64,000 nucleotides of DNA from Bdellovibrionales bacterium (GCA_965199825.1 OZ241329.1:1408001-1472000), one strand, 5' to 3'; shown: positions 29,094 through 39,740, counted from the stretch's first letter. Program-made: numbers and translations. Notes: a model not told the origin generated them from the sequence alone.

Positions 29094-30059
29094 CTATTTT
29101 TCTGGCAGTGACTCGGTTTCTTCTGGAGAATTCAGCATCAAGGTTTCAGGTGGGCGATCAATTGCAAAACCGATTGTTCGCTGCAGTAAGGATTTGCATA
29201 TATCTCGGACTATCGCGGGTTGAATTCCCAAAGGTGCTTTAATTTGAATCGGCTCATTATGAATTTGAATTCGACGTGAGCTCGTTATTTTTCGACGAGG
29301 AAGAGTCTCCATAAAAATTTCTGGCAAAACTTGATCCAAATAGTTTCGATAAACTGTGAGCTCATGTGGCGAAAAAACTTGATACTCCCGCGATCGTTGA
29401 GTCAAAAACTTCAAAGAGTTGGTGATATAAAATTCGTTCTCAAAAACCTGTTCAATATCGAGTCCAAAGTATTTTGCAAATCGAAATTCAAAATCAGTCA
29501 GTTGCTCGGCGGTAGCTTGGCGCAAATCAAGATCAGAAATGGCTCCAACCAACTTTCTATTTTGTTTCCAATACTGCACGCGCCACTCACCCAAGTTTTT
29601 GTAAGAAACAGATGGATAATAGGTCTCCAATTTAAATCCCATATTTACGCCTTCGTCGATCAGCCACACCCGGGTGGAGAGCCAATTCAGAGCAAGCGAA
29701 GGATAAATTCGATCAAGTGCTAAAATAAATTGTTTCTCAAAATCAATCCCAAGAGCGCTGTACCGGGGTGGAGTATTAAAAATATTTGCGTTACGAAGGC
29801 GGTCGATATTTTCGGCAATTTGTTGAGGCGACACCTTATACAATTTCGCAAAAACAACTTCGAGTTTTTCGATAGCTGTTGCCTGCTCCAGGGTTAAATC
29901 TTGGCGGAGCGAATGGTGTTTCCATACCTGTGAAGTTTGGGGCAAACGGAGCTTTGGCAATGCGGCAAGGGCCATTGTTCCAAGGATCGCGGCTCGTCGA
30001 GAGAGCGCAACTTGAGCATCGGACTGAAAACTTAATAAAATTAAAAAAATGCCCAACAT
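29094..30059 (-). CDS. Exported hypothetical protein
   Basis: 321-aa ORF; hydrophobic N-terminus followed by SRRAAILG. Confidence 0.65.
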   Translation of the reverse strand: MLGIFLILLSFQSDAQVALSRRAAILGTMALAALPKLRLPQTSQVWKHHSLRQDLTLEQATAIEKLEVVFAKLYKVSPQQIAENIDRLRNANIFNTPPRYSALGIDFEKQFILALDRIYPSLALNWLSTRVWLIDEGVNMGFKLETYYPSVSYKNLGEWRVQYWKQNRKLVGAISDLDLRQATAEQLTDFEFRFAKYFGLDIEQVFENEFYITNSLKFLTQRSREYQVFSPHELTVYRNYLDQVLPEIFMETLPRRKITSSRRIQIHNEPIQIKAPLGIQPAIVRDICKSLLQRTIGFAIDRPPETLMLNSPEETESLPEK

Positions 30060-30134
30060 ACGAAGGCAATTGTAGGGACAAGAAAGCGTAAACTCTAGGT
30101 CAGTTTGTGTTTTGAAAGAGATTACTGGGATGGC

Positions 30135-30165
30135 AAAAAGTTAGGCCCCACAGATCTGCGGGGCC
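30135..30165 (-). terminator. Terminator after recA
   Basis: GGCCCCGCAG-AT-CTGTGGGGCC followed by TAACTTTTT on the minus strand. Confidence 0.65.
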
Positions 30166-30180
30166 ATACAAAATTCGGAC

Positions 30181-31287
30181 TTATTTTTTTGCAGCTTTGC
30201 GAGACTTTTCGGCCAAAGCTTCGGTCAAATCGGCTTTTTCTTCAGCCATAGGTTTGATCAAAGGTTTAGTGATTCCGTAGGCTTCGAGCAAACGCGCACG
30301 CAATTCTTGAACAATTTCAGGGTGAGCTTTAAAAAATTCTTTGGCTTGATCGCGGCCTTGGCCCAATCGCTCGCCTTTATAAGAAAACCAGGCTCCTGAT
30401 TTATCTACGAATTCTTTTTTAACCCCAAGATCCAAAATATCGCCCTCAGCCGAAATTCCATCGCCAAACATCAGGTCGAACTCCACCTTTTGAAAGGGAG
30501 GCGCCATCTTATTTTTGACAACTTTTACAGCTGTGCGACTGCCGGTCACTTCTTCGCCGCTTTTGATTGATCCAATTCGGCGAATGTCTAAACGGACAGA
30601 AGCATAAAACTTAAGCGCATTCCCACCAGTTGTGGTCTCAGGATTTCCGAACATCACACCAATTTTCATACGGATTTGGTTAATAAAAATAACCAAGGTG
30701 TTGCTGCGACTAATGATTGCAGTCAATTTTCTAAGAGCTTGCGACATCAACCGAGCTTGAAGCCCCATGTGACTGTCGCCCATCTCGCCCTCGATTTCGG
30801 CACGTGGAGTCAGCGCCGCAACCGAATCGACCACCACAACATCAACCGCACCTGATCGCACCAAGGTCTCAACAATTTCTAAGGCTTGCTCGCCCGTATC
30901 GGGTTGAGAGATCAGCATATCCTCAACTTTGACGCCGAGCTTTCGTGCATACCCAACATCAAGCGCATGTTCCGCATCAACGAATGCAACAGTGCCACCC
31001 GCTTTTTGGGCTTGAGCAATTGTGGTTAAAGTCAGTGTGGTTTTTCCAGAGCTCTCTGGTCCAAAGATTTCAACAATACGCCCACGTGGAAGTCCACCCA
31101 CGCCAAGAGCAATATCAAGACTCAATGCACCTGTTGAGTAAACAGGAACATCTTCATTAAAAGATTTTTGACCCTCGCCCAATTTCATAATTGAGCCTTT
31201 GCCAAATTGCTTTTCGATCGTAGAGATGGCGAGTTCTAAGGCTTTGCCCTTATCCCCCGTCGAGGTTTGGTGTCCGATGTTAGCCAT
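30181..31287 (-). CDS. recA: Recombinase RecA
   Basis: [44 protein letters not shown]. Confidence 0.99.
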   Translation of the reverse strand: MANIGHQTSTGDKGKALELAISTIEKQFGKGSIMKLGEGQKSFNEDVPVYSTGALSLDIALGVGGLPRGRIVEIFGPESSGKTTLTLTTIAQAQKAGGTVAFVDAEHALDVGYARKLGVKVEDMLISQPDTGEQALEIVETLVRSGAVDVVVVDSVAALTPRAEIEGEMGDSHMGLQARLMSQALRKLTAIISRSNTLVIFINQIRMKIGVMFGNPETTTGGNALKFYASVRLDIRRIGSIKSGEEVTGSRTAVKVVKNKMAPPFQKVEFDLMFGDGISAEGDILDLGVKKEFVDKSGAWFSYKGERLGQGRDQAKEFFKAHPEIVQELRARLLEAYGITKPLIKPMAEEKADLTEALAEKSRKAAKK

Positions 31288-31318
31288 AGTGTTCTCCTTG
31301 TTTCATTGGATTATAAAG

Positions 31319-31822
31319 TCACGATCGTCTAAATTCGTTCAACAAAAAATCGAAAGCAAAAAGCACTGATTGCTGTTGAATATCCTGTCTCAAACCGTGG
31401 CTAAAATGTTGTTCAAATCCTTTTTCAAATTGTGGGCCGGCAATGCCAAAGCATACAAGGCCCACAGGTTTTTCTGCGCTTCCGCCGCCCGGACCCGCAA
31501 TGCCTGTAATCCCGATGGCCCAATCCGATTTTAATTTTTCGCGAGCTCCACGAGCCATCGCAATCGCAACGTCCACATGAACTTCGCCAAGTGTTTCGAG
31601 CAGCGCAGAATCAACGCCCAAAATATTTTTTTTAACTTCACGTGCATAGGAAACAACGCCACCCAAAAAAAAATTTGAAACGCCCGCCTGAGCACTGATG
31701 CACGCCGAAGCAAGACCACCGGTGCAACTTTCGGCAAGCGCAATGGTTTGGCGAGATTCACCAAAAATTTTTGCGAGTTGAAGAACGCGATCGGAGGCTT
31801 TTGTGGAGAAATCAGGAATCAT
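31319..31822 (-). CDS. cinA: CinA C-terminal domain protein (NMN deamidase PncC-like)
   Basis: AESCTGG, GITGIAGPGGGSAEKPVGLV; directly upstream of recA. Confidence 0.92.
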   Translation of the reverse strand: MIPDFSTKASDRVLQLAKIFGESRQTIALAESCTGGLASACISAQAGVSNFFLGGVVSYAREVKKNILGVDSALLETLGEVHVDVAIAMARGAREKLKSDWAIGITGIAGPGGGSAEKPVGLVCFGIAGPQFEKGFEQHFSHGLRQDIQQQSVLFAFDFLLNEFRRS

Positions 31823-31835
31823 AATATTGTTATCC

Positions 31836-32303
31836 TCACAGCTGGACGCCGAGCAGATGTGTGTAAGAATAAGCTGATTGCAAAATAACATTTGTCAAGA
31901 TACCGGCGGCGATATCGTCGGCAACAACACCAACCCCACCTTTTACTTTTTGATCAATCACCGAAATCGGAAAGGGTTTAACAATGTCGATCACACGAAA
32001 CAAAATAAATCCTAAAACATAGCTCTGCCAAGTTTGGGGCAGCCAGGTCATCGACACAAAAAATCCTGCGATCTCATCAATCACAACTTCTTTTGGATCA
32101 TGAGTGCCATTCAGATCTTCGTAACTTTGCGAAATGATCACAGCAAAAATTGTGATCGCCAAAGTGATTGCCATGTAAACAAGAGGACCTGTTTGACTGA
32201 CTAAATAAACTAAAGGAATAGCAACAACAGTCCCATAGGTTCCAGGGCCGCGAGGAAACTTTTTGGCAAAACCAGCTGTAGCAAAAAACTCAATAAAACC
32301 CAT
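31836..32303 (-). CDS. pgpA: Phosphatidylglycerophosphatase A
   Basis: PGTYGT, HDPKEVVIDEIAG, FRVIDIVKPFPI, DDIAAG. Confidence 0.95.
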   Translation of the reverse strand: MGFIEFFATAGFAKKFPRGPGTYGTVVAIPLVYLVSQTGPLVYMAITLAITIFAVIISQSYEDLNGTHDPKEVVIDEIAGFFVSMTWLPQTWQSYVLGFILFRVIDIVKPFPISVIDQKVKGGVGVVADDIAAGILTNVILQSAYSYTHLLGVQL

Positions 32304-32401
32304 GCCCTAAATGAGTGATTTGAGCAGGTGAAGTCAAGACGATAGACGAGATGAAAAGAAATGGACTCTTAACCATTTTGATTGACCGATATAGTAAACA
32401 A

Positions 32402-33589
32402 ATGACCCTCGAAGAACTACTGAGATTAGCCATGAGTAAGATGGCAAGTGATGTCCATCTCAAGGTCGGGCTTATGCCAGTGATTCGTCGTCATGGGATC
32501 TTAAGGCCCCTTGCCGCAAACCTATCACCGATCACTACCGAACAACTCGACGAGATGCTGTTTGGGATCATGGACGCTAAACAAAAAGAACACTTCGAAG
32601 AATTTAAAGAAATTGATTTGGGCTATGGGCTTACGGGTCTCGGGCGATTTCGGATCAATGCCTTTAAGCAACGTGGAAGCTTAAGACTTGTGATCAGAAA
32701 TATTCCTCACGATGTGCCAACCATTGAGCAACTGCAGTTGCCAGAGGTTGTTCGAAAAATTGCTCATCTTGAAAGGGGTTTAGTGCTTGTCACCGGAGTG
32801 ACCGGATCAGGCAAATCCTCGACTCTTGCGGCAATGATCGATGAGGTCAACCGCACTATGAATAAGCACATCATCACAATTGAAGACCCCATCGAATTTT
32901 TGATTCGCGATCGCAAAAGTATTTTGTCACAACGAGAGCTCGGAGTGGATTCGACCACGTACGCACGAGCCCTTCGTGCAGCTTTAAGACAAGACCCGGA
33001 TGTGATTTTAATCGGTGAGATGCGTGATCGCGAAACTATCGAGACTGCACTTTTAGCTGCCGAAACAGGTCATCTTGTTCTCTCAACTCTACACACGATG
33101 GATGCCACCGAAACCATCAACCGGGTTGTTGGAGCGTTTGAACTTCATCAACAAGTCCAGGTGCGCCTGCAGTTGGGATCGGTTTTAAAAGCGGTCATCA
33201 GTCAGCGGCTAGCCCGCTGTGCCGACAAGTCGGGCTACATTCCCGCGGTCGAAGTGATGGTGGTCAATCCGCGTGTCCGAGAGATGATCGAAGATCGGGT
33301 CAGAACCAAAGAAATAATCCAAGCAATCGAAGAAGGACAGGTGGCGTGGGGCATGCAATCCTTTGATCAAAGCTTGATGTCTTTGCTTGCCCAAGGGCAT
33401 ATTACTGAGCCGGAAGCCTTGTCGCTTTCGACCAGCCCCGAAGATTTTAAAATTAGATATAACGGCATCACCGCAATGGATGGAAAAAAATGGGCCAATG
33501 CCAAAAAGACCGAGAACATGATTCCCGACTCGGAACTCCAGATCGAGTCGATCGAGGATCCCAAGGACAAGCGGAAGAAATCAAGTTAG
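32402..33589 (+). CDS. pilT: PilT/PilU-family type IV pilus retraction ATPase
   Basis: ASDVHL, GVTGSGKS, TIEDPIE, RQDPDVILIGEMRD, STLH, GMQSFDQSL. Confidence 0.92.
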   Translation: MTLEELLRLAMSKMASDVHLKVGLMPVIRRHGILRPLAANLSPITTEQLDEMLFGIMDAKQKEHFEEFKEIDLGYGLTGLGRFRINAFKQRGSLRLVIRNIPHDVPTIEQLQLPEVVRKIAHLERGLVLVTGVTGSGKSSTLAAMIDEVNRTMNKHIITIEDPIEFLIRDRKSILSQRELGVDSTTYARALRAALRQDPDVILIGEMRDRETIETALLAAETGHLVLSTLHTMDATETINRVVGAFELHQQVQVRLQLGSVLKAVISQRLARCADKSGYIPAVEVMVVNPRVREMIEDRVRTKEIIQAIEEGQVAWGMQSFDQSLMSLLAQGHITEPEALSLSTSPEDFKIRYNGITAMDGKKWANAKKTENMIPDSELQIESIEDPKDKRKKSS

Positions 33590-34005
33590 TCGCAGCCGCG
33601 TTGAATCACATCGGGATCTACGTCGCCAATCGTGATCATTCTGAAAAAGAACTCCGGTTTAAATTAAAAAAAAATTATCCATCACAAATTATTGATCAAG
33701 CCCTAGAGCAAGCAAGAGAACAAAGACTTTTGCGTGATCCAAGTTTGATTGCCGAGGCTGTGTGCCAAGCTTTGTTACGTAAAAAAAAGAGTTATTCCTA
33801 CATCCGCTCTTATTTAAGCAAAAAAGGTTTACCAACAAACATCACTGCTGACGAAGATATCGAAAAGGATTTGGCAAAAAGAATTGTCGAGAGCCAATTT
33901 GGCGAATCAAAAGATATGACACAAGACCAAAAGCGTAAGGCCGCCTCACGATTAAAATCGCGAGGGTTTTCAATGTCGAGCATTAAATCAGTTTTATTTA
34001 GTTAG
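33490..34005 (+). CDS. recX: Regulatory protein RecX
   Basis: RDHSEKELRFKL, IRSYLSKKGL, RLKSRGF; start uncertain, overlaps the pilT 3' end. Confidence 0.85.
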   Translation: MGQCQKDREHDSRLGTPDRVDRGSQGQAEEIKLVAAALNHIGIYVANRDHSEKELRFKLKKNYPSQIIDQALEQAREQRLLRDPSLIAEAVCQALLRKKKSYSYIRSYLSKKGLPTNITADEDIEKDLAKRIVESQFGESKDMTQDQKRKAASRLKSRGFSMSSIKSVLFS

Positions 34006-34954
34006 TGATATCGGCTGCAGATGGAAGGTCTGAACCATCATTTGACGGTGTGCTGTCGTCATCATCTCTTTCGGGCAACTTCATATATTTTTGCTGAGGG
34101 GCTGACGGACTGTTCCAATCCACTTGATGTGCATCTTGCAAAAGATTTTTCAAAAAGGAATTGGAGTGATTATACGCATCGTAAAGCGGATCTTCCACAG
34201 AGGAATCAATACGCGAATTTGGCGGACGATTAAAATAATAAAGCAGACGCCAGAAATTATATAATTTCTGTTTAGGAATCGAACTATTAATAGAATGTTT
34301 ATTTTGTGCAAATTTCTGCAGAAACTCTAATTCTGAAGGCAAAATAGTGAGGAGTTCTATTCGCAGTTTTAAACGCTCCATCAGAAATTTTCGATTAACA
34401 ACACCCTCTTCTATCGATTGAGCCGCAGAAATGGTTTCTTGGTCGCGCTTGATGCTAGTTTCATCCTTTGCATTTAACTGAACGATTCTTATATATCTTT
34501 TAATTCCACGAAGAAAATCGTTATACATAGTGGCCAATTGAGTTAATTCGGCCAATCGACTCGCCACTTCAGCAGGGGGTATGCTTACTTTTGTCATCAT
34601 GACATGTACCGCTCTGTTGTAATCAGCTTCCTCCCAGCGCTTTGACAATTCAGGAATCTGATTGGCTACTTTTGCAAGTTCATCAAAATGAGCAATGCGG
34701 TCAAGCCTAACAACAACCTGATCAAAAAGTGAGTAGTAGGTATTGCCAATCGCATAGAGATCATGGGGCGTAAGCTTACCTACTGAGGTGATCAATTTAT
34801 CAATGTCGGGAATAATCAGGGGTGGATCTTCGCTCACTTCGCTCAGCAACCATTTGCAAGCTTCACTCGGCGAAGCTTCTTGCTCAGCAAACGCAGGAGA
34901 ACCTGACAAAAAATGGGCAGCGAATAAACAAAGTAGGATCATCGTAGTTTTCAA
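33998..34954 (-). CDS. Secreted hypothetical protein
   Basis: 318 aa; signal peptide ending AFA; helical. Confidence 0.7.
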   Translation of the reverse strand: MKTTMILLCLFAAHFLSGSPAFAEQEASPSEACKWLLSEVSEDPPLIIPDIDKLITSVGKLTPHDLYAIGNTYYSLFDQVVVRLDRIAHFDELAKVANQIPELSKRWEEADYNRAVHVMMTKVSIPPAEVASRLAELTQLATMYNDFLRGIKRYIRIVQLNAKDETSIKRDQETISAAQSIEEGVVNRKFLMERLKLRIELLTILPSELEFLQKFAQNKHSINSSIPKQKLYNFWRLLYYFNRPPNSRIDSSVEDPLYDAYNHSNSFLKNLLQDAHQVDWNSPSAPQQKYMKLPERDDDDSTPSNDGSDLPSAADITN

Positions 34955-35115
34955 TCGGCCCCTTTCTTGTGAGCGGCGAAATACTCAGAGCAATTTGCGT
35001 TCCAACCGTTTGATATTCCTAGAGCATCGGCCTAAAAATACAAGGGGCAAAATGTCTAAAATCTGTCGCGCTTTTTGCACAATTTCAGAGTGGGACTTAT
35101 GCGATCGAAATTTTA

Positions 35116-35592
35116 TTAAAAAGAACACGGAATTGGGTTTGAATTAACCTTGCAACGACTGTGTTCGGGGCTGAACTCAAAAGCGGTTGTAGATTTTTTA
35201 TCTAAGATGTATTCGCCTGGCGCTTTTTTGGTTCTTCGTTGGATCACTTCGTCGATTCCAAAGACCACTTTTGAGTTTGAGATGTGTCCAACGATCCAGT
35301 GCAACTCCTCCACAGGAGCCGATTTGGCGTTGAGGTACCACATTTGAAATTGAATAAAATATTCATGTGCTCTCGAAAAGAGTATAACTTCATCCCACTC
35401 CGAAAGTTCTGCAAGATCGGGCATTGAAGCAATATTGCGATAAGTGCCATCGTTTAAAAGAATTTTTTTGGCGGTGATCTGCAACTGCCAACGATCAATT
35501 TTAAGTTCGCAGCTCTTCATTTGACGAGACTGCGGGGGACATGTTGTTTGTGCAAAGGACGTCGACAATAAAAATAACAGCGAGTGTAGCAT
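35116..35592 (-). CDS. Secreted hypothetical protein
   Basis: MLHSLLFLLSTSFA signal; Cys pairs at both ends. Confidence 0.6.
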   Translation of the reverse strand: MLHSLLFLLSTSFAQTTCPPQSRQMKSCELKIDRWQLQITAKKILLNDGTYRNIASMPDLAELSEWDEVILFSRAHEYFIQFQMWYLNAKSAPVEELHWIVGHISNSKVVFGIDEVIQRRTKKAPGEYILDKKSTTAFEFSPEHSRCKVNSNPIPCSF

Positions 35593-35597
35593 CGCCC

Positions 35598-36590
35598 ATG
35601 ATGACAAGTGTGACTAAAGCGGTCAAATTCCAACTCCTCAATTGGTATCAAGAAAACAAGCGACCGCTGCCGTGGCGTAGAAATCGTGATGCCTATCCGG
35701 TTTGGATTTCTGAAACAATGTTGCAGCAAACAACATCTCAAGCGGTGATTCCTTATTTTGAGCGTTTTCTAAAGCGGTTTCCCAAGCTCTCAGATCTTGC
35801 AAACGGGCGAATCGAAGATGTGTATGAAGTATGGGCGGGCCTTGGATATTATTCTCGCGCTCGAAACCTTCACAAAGCCTCACAGATTCTTAACCAAATT
35901 GGATTTCAAAAAAATTATCTCGAACTTATTAAGTTACCCGGCTTTGGCCCTTACACCGCACGTGCAGTGGCCAGCATCGCCTTCGATGAAAGCGTTGGGG
36001 TGATCGATGGCAACACGATTCGTGTGGTGTCGCGTTTAGAGGATCAACCCTTTGAGTGGTGGAAACAAAATGTGCGAAAGCACTTACAACTTATTGTTGA
36101 TTCTTATGTTGCCGATACCCCTTCGCACTTAATGAACCAGGCGTTGATGGAACTCGGCGCAACAATTTGTACGCCAAAATCTCCAGCCTGTTTTTTGTGT
36201 CCAATGCGAGAAGTTTGTGGAGCTTTTAAAAATAATACGGTTTCTGAGCGGCCTTTAAAAAAACCTCGGCGCGAAAGAGAAATATGGGCATGGCAGCCAA
36301 GCCTCGAATTTTTTGATGAGCACATTGGATTTATAACCAATGATTACGCCCCATTTTTGAAAGGACAACTGCTCCTACCAGGTAAGGTAATGAGGCTAGA
36401 CAAAAGACCGGAACGTTTTGATTTTCGCCATTCTATCACCCACCATGACATCTACGTGACGGTCACAAAAAAAATCTCTAAACTAAAAAAGACCTCTAGG
36501 ACGGAGATAAGATGGATAAAAACGGAGAACGTAAAACAGATTGTCCCACTCGCACTCGTGCAAAAAACTATTCGTTTTTCGCAAAAATAA
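35598..36590 (+). CDS. mutY: A/G-specific adenine glycosylase
   Basis: RPLPWR, WISETMLQQT, WAGLGYYSRARNLH, LPGFGPYTA, Fe-S motif CTPKSPACFLCP...C. Confidence 0.95.
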   Translation: MMTSVTKAVKFQLLNWYQENKRPLPWRRNRDAYPVWISETMLQQTTSQAVIPYFERFLKRFPKLSDLANGRIEDVYEVWAGLGYYSRARNLHKASQILNQIGFQKNYLELIKLPGFGPYTARAVASIAFDESVGVIDGNTIRVVSRLEDQPFEWWKQNVRKHLQLIVDSYVADTPSHLMNQALMELGATICTPKSPACFLCPMREVCGAFKNNTVSERPLKKPRREREIWAWQPSLEFFDEHIGFITNDYAPFLKGQLLLPGKVMRLDKRPERFDFRHSITHHDIYVTVTKKISKLKKTSRTEIRWIKTENVKQIVPLALVQKTIRFSQK

Positions 36591-37570
36591 TCATCATACC
36601 ATTTTTGTTTTTAAACACAAATTGTAGGACTTCACCAAAGCCGGTTGTTGCGGATCTCACAGCAAAAATATTGGAGCCTCAAAGTGAGAACTATGATGCC
36701 CATTTTTCGGCAGATGGCACGCGCATCTTATTCGTAAGCAGCGGCAGGCCAAGTCATATGCAACCCCAAATTTACGAAAGAAATTTGAGCACAGGCCGTG
36801 AACGCCGAGTTACTTTTCAAGATGGCGACACCTCTTCACCCCGTTATGCCACTAAAGGCCGCGCATTTTTTTACGCCAGCACTACGGACGAAGTAAAAGA
36901 AAACCCAGTTTTTTTACAGCGCTCTATACAATCAGAACCGGTGCGCTCTGAGACCGAGCTGATGCTGCCTACCGACATTTACTCCTCAGAATTAAATGGC
37001 GATCGTATTCAACGTTTGACCGATGTGCGCGGGTTCGATGGCGACCTTGCGATTCATCCCAAGACCGATCAAATTTATTTTGCCTCAAACAGGCTTGGAC
37101 GTTTGCAAATCTTTACGATGCCCTCTGGTGGCGGCACTCCGCGATTGGTGTCGGTGGATAAAACCCGATCCGAATCCCAACCTGCAATTTCACCAGATGG
37201 AAAACTCATGGCATGGGTGCAGTACGGAGACGATATGAAATCCTCGCAAATTGTGGTGGGAAATATGAAAGGTGAAGTTTTAAACACCCTGACCTCGGGC
37301 GATTTTTTAAATGTGTCGCCCTCATGGGCGCCAAACAGCGATGATATTTTATTTTCTGCCAATCGCACCGGTCCAAATGTCTTTGAGATTTTTATGATTA
37401 AAAAAGATGGTTCGTGTTTAAGGCGAATCACCACCGATCAGGTTCGTAATAGCAGGCCAAGCTTGAGTCCCGATGGAACAAAAATCCTATTTACAAGCAA
37501 CCGCAATGGATTAAATCAGATCTATTTACAGCCATTTCAAGCGCCTGTTTGTGGACCTGAGAAAAGCTGA
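36512..37570 (+). CDS. TolB-like PD40 beta-propeller protein
   Basis: Repeated FSADG/ISPDG/LSPDG and F.SNR motifs; start uncertain. Confidence 0.85.
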   Translation: MDKNGERKTDCPTRTRAKNYSFFAKIIIIPFLFLNTNCRTSPKPVVADLTAKILEPQSENYDAHFSADGTRILFVSSGRPSHMQPQIYERNLSTGRERRVTFQDGDTSSPRYATKGRAFFYASTTDEVKENPVFLQRSIQSEPVRSETELMLPTDIYSSELNGDRIQRLTDVRGFDGDLAIHPKTDQIYFASNRLGRLQIFTMPSGGGTPRLVSVDKTRSESQPAISPDGKLMAWVQYGDDMKSSQIVVGNMKGEVLNTLTSGDFLNVSPSWAPNSDDILFSANRTGPNVFEIFMIKKDGSCLRRITTDQVRNSRPSLSPDGTKILFTSNRNGLNQIYLQPFQAPVCGPEKS

Positions 37571-38076
37571 TGCTCGCATTCCTTATGGTCATTTTAATGT
37601 TTGCAGAGGCCGCACCGATTGCGGCCGTTTTGGTTGACCAAAAATCATTTAAGTCCTCGCTCGGGTTTTCTCTCAGTAATGAAAACACCGATTGGAAAGC
37701 GCTGCCTACACCGACGCCACCAATTTCCTTTTTGTATCGAGGTCCACAAATACATAATGGTGTCCAGCCGGCGCTCACCGTAAGAGCTGACGTTTTGCCC
37801 TCAGTCCAATCACCAAAAACTTACGCCCACCAATGGATGAAGGATTACTACCGTCTAGGATTTGATGTGCTCAATTCAAAACCTGTTAGCGTCAGTGGAA
37901 ATGATGGATTTTTGATCGATGCCATTCATCGGCAAAGTGCGCGAAGACTCAGGCAAATTATTTTTTTAAAAAATAAAGTGGCTGTGGTTTTAACATGTCG
38001 AGATCATGTTGACGGGTTTGAACAAAGTCTTAAAACCTGCAACACCATTGCTCGCAGCTTTCACTGGACGAATTAA
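37570..38076 (+). CDS. Exported hypothetical protein (PsbP/Mog1-like fold possible)
   Basis: Signal peptide; C-terminal VVLTC...IARSFHW pattern. Confidence 0.6.
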   Translation: MLAFLMVILMFAEAAPIAAVLVDQKSFKSSLGFSLSNENTDWKALPTPTPPISFLYRGPQIHNGVQPALTVRADVLPSVQSPKTYAHQWMKDYYRLGFDVLNSKPVSVSGNDGFLIDAIHRQSARRLRQIIFLKNKVAVVLTCRDHVDGFEQSLKTCNTIARSFHWTN

Positions 38077-39740
38077 GAACCAAGAAGTCGTTTAAAAAAT
38101 CCCGAAACTTTTTGGACAATTCCTTGAGGCTGTTTTTTTGTGACATTCAATGGCCGACGCTCAAGCGGTTTTCTGTTTACTCGAGGTGCGTTTTGTTGGC
38201 GTTGAGGCGGAGCCGCGTGTTTGGGATCGCGTCGTTGTTGAGGTCCGCGTTGGGGTTGTTGCTCTTGAGCGGGGCGTGCATTTTGACGATGCCGTCCCAT
38301 TTGTCGATCGCGGTGATGTCCCGAACCGGCTTGCGGTTTTTCCTGTGAATCTGCTGATTGGGGTCGAGCAGGGCGTGGTGGTCGACGATCTTGTTGCCGT
38401 GCAGGAGGGCGTCCTCGGTCTGGACCGCTTCGTTGTTGTGGCTTTTTGCTTCGTGGACCTTGGGATTGTGAATCCACTTCGTATTCATTTGGAAATGCTT
38501 GAAAGTCTTTGAGTAAGTCCGACGACTCAAGCCAACCCGTTTCGACTTTATGTCCAAGGTAAGTTTCAACCCGCGATAAGGCATCCACATCGCGATCGCT
38601 CACCAAACTAAATGCTCGCCCGGTTTGACCCGCGCGGCCAGTACGACCAATACGGTGAACATAATTTTCGGGATCGTCGGGTAAATCATAATTGATGACC
38701 ATATCGACACCCAAAATATCTAAACCTCGAGCGGCGAGATCAGTGGCAATCAAAATATTGCTTTCGTTTTCGGCCTTAAACTGCGCAATCACTCGGGCTC
38801 TTTGGGCCTGAGTGAGCAAACTTGAAATTCCCATTGCAGGCAAATTATTGCGATTTAAAAAGACCGCGATGCGCTCGACATTTCTTTTAAAATTTGAAAA
38901 CACAATAATTTGTCTGGGTTTGTGTTTTTTGATGAGCGACAAAAGATGCATTGGTTTTTCGGATTGGCCCACATGAAAAAGTTCATCTTTCACATTTTCG
39001 GCTTTAGCCTGATCTTTACTAATATTGATTTCGACGGGGTCAGCGCCAAACTCGTAAGCCGTATTTAAAACATCAAAATTCATGGTCGCACTAAAAACTA
39101 AAAACTGACGCTCTCGAGGAATACGCTTTAAAATAAACTTCATGTCATCTTTAAAGCCCATATCGAACATGCGATCGGCTTCATCAAAAACCACACCGCG
39201 AACTTGTCGAAGATCAACCAAATGTTCTTTGAATAAATCAATCAATCGCCCAGGTGTCGCAATCACAAATTCAACACCATCAGCAAATGCTTTTTTTTGT
39301 ACTTCGTAAGAAGTCCCGCCATAAACAGAAACCGCAGACAGTGATGTGCCGTCTAGAAGTTGTTGCGCATTGGTGAACACTTGCTCGGCAAGCTCACGTG
39401 TCGGAACCAAAATCAAAATAAATTGACGCTTTTTCCAATCCGTAAACTGACGCTCTAAACTTTTCGCACCTTCGTGTTCAGGTGCATTGGGCTCACCGGC
39501 TGGGGTGGGTTCCATTCCGCGGAGCACACGATCAATCAATGGCAATAGAAAGGCCGCGGTTTTTCCGGTGCCCGTTTGAGCGAGCCCCGCCACGTCACGT
39601 CCCATTAACAGCGCGGGAATAGCTTGCGACTGTATAGGAGTGCATTCTGAGAAATTCATTTTTGCCAGAGTAGATAAAAGATGGGGATGCAGTTCTAATT
39701 CAGAAAATTTCACTTCAAACCTGGGTGATCGAGTTGACAC
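38073..39740 (-). CDS. DEAD-box RNA helicase (RhlB-like)
   Basis: AQTGTGKT, PTRELA, DEAD, SAT, ARGLD, HRIGRTGR; R/Q-rich tail. Confidence 0.95.
   Translation of the reverse strand: MSTRSPRFEVKFSELELHPHLLSTLAKMNFSECTPIQSQAIPALLMGRDVAGLAQTGTGKTAAFLLPLIDRVLRGMEPTPAGEPNAPEHEGAKSLERQFTDWKKRQFILILVPTRELAEQVFTNAQQLLDGTSLSAVSVYGGTSYEVQKKAFADGVEFVIATPGRLIDLFKEHLVDLRQVRGVVFDEADRMFDMGFKDDMKFILKRIPRERQFLVFSATMNFDVLNTAYEFGADPVEINISKDQAKAENVKDELFHVGQSEKPMHLLSLIKKHKPRQIIVFSNFKRNVERIAVFLNRNNLPAMGISSLLTQAQRARVIAQFKAENESNILIATDLAARGLDILGVDMVINYDLPDDPENYVHRIGRTGRAGQTGRAFSLVSDRDVDALSRVETYLGHKVETGWLESSDLLKDFQAFPNEYEVDSQSQGPRSKKPQQRSGPDRGRPPARQQDRRPPRPARPQSADSQEKPQAGSGHHRDRQMGRHRQNARPAQEQQPQRGPQQRRDPKHAAPPQRQQNAPRVNRKPLERRPLNVTKKQPQGIVQKVSGFFKRLLGS

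Noticed and set aside
38112..38590. Several overlapping ORFs in the helicase C-terminal tail
   Set aside because: Shadow frames of a GC-rich low-complexity coding region.
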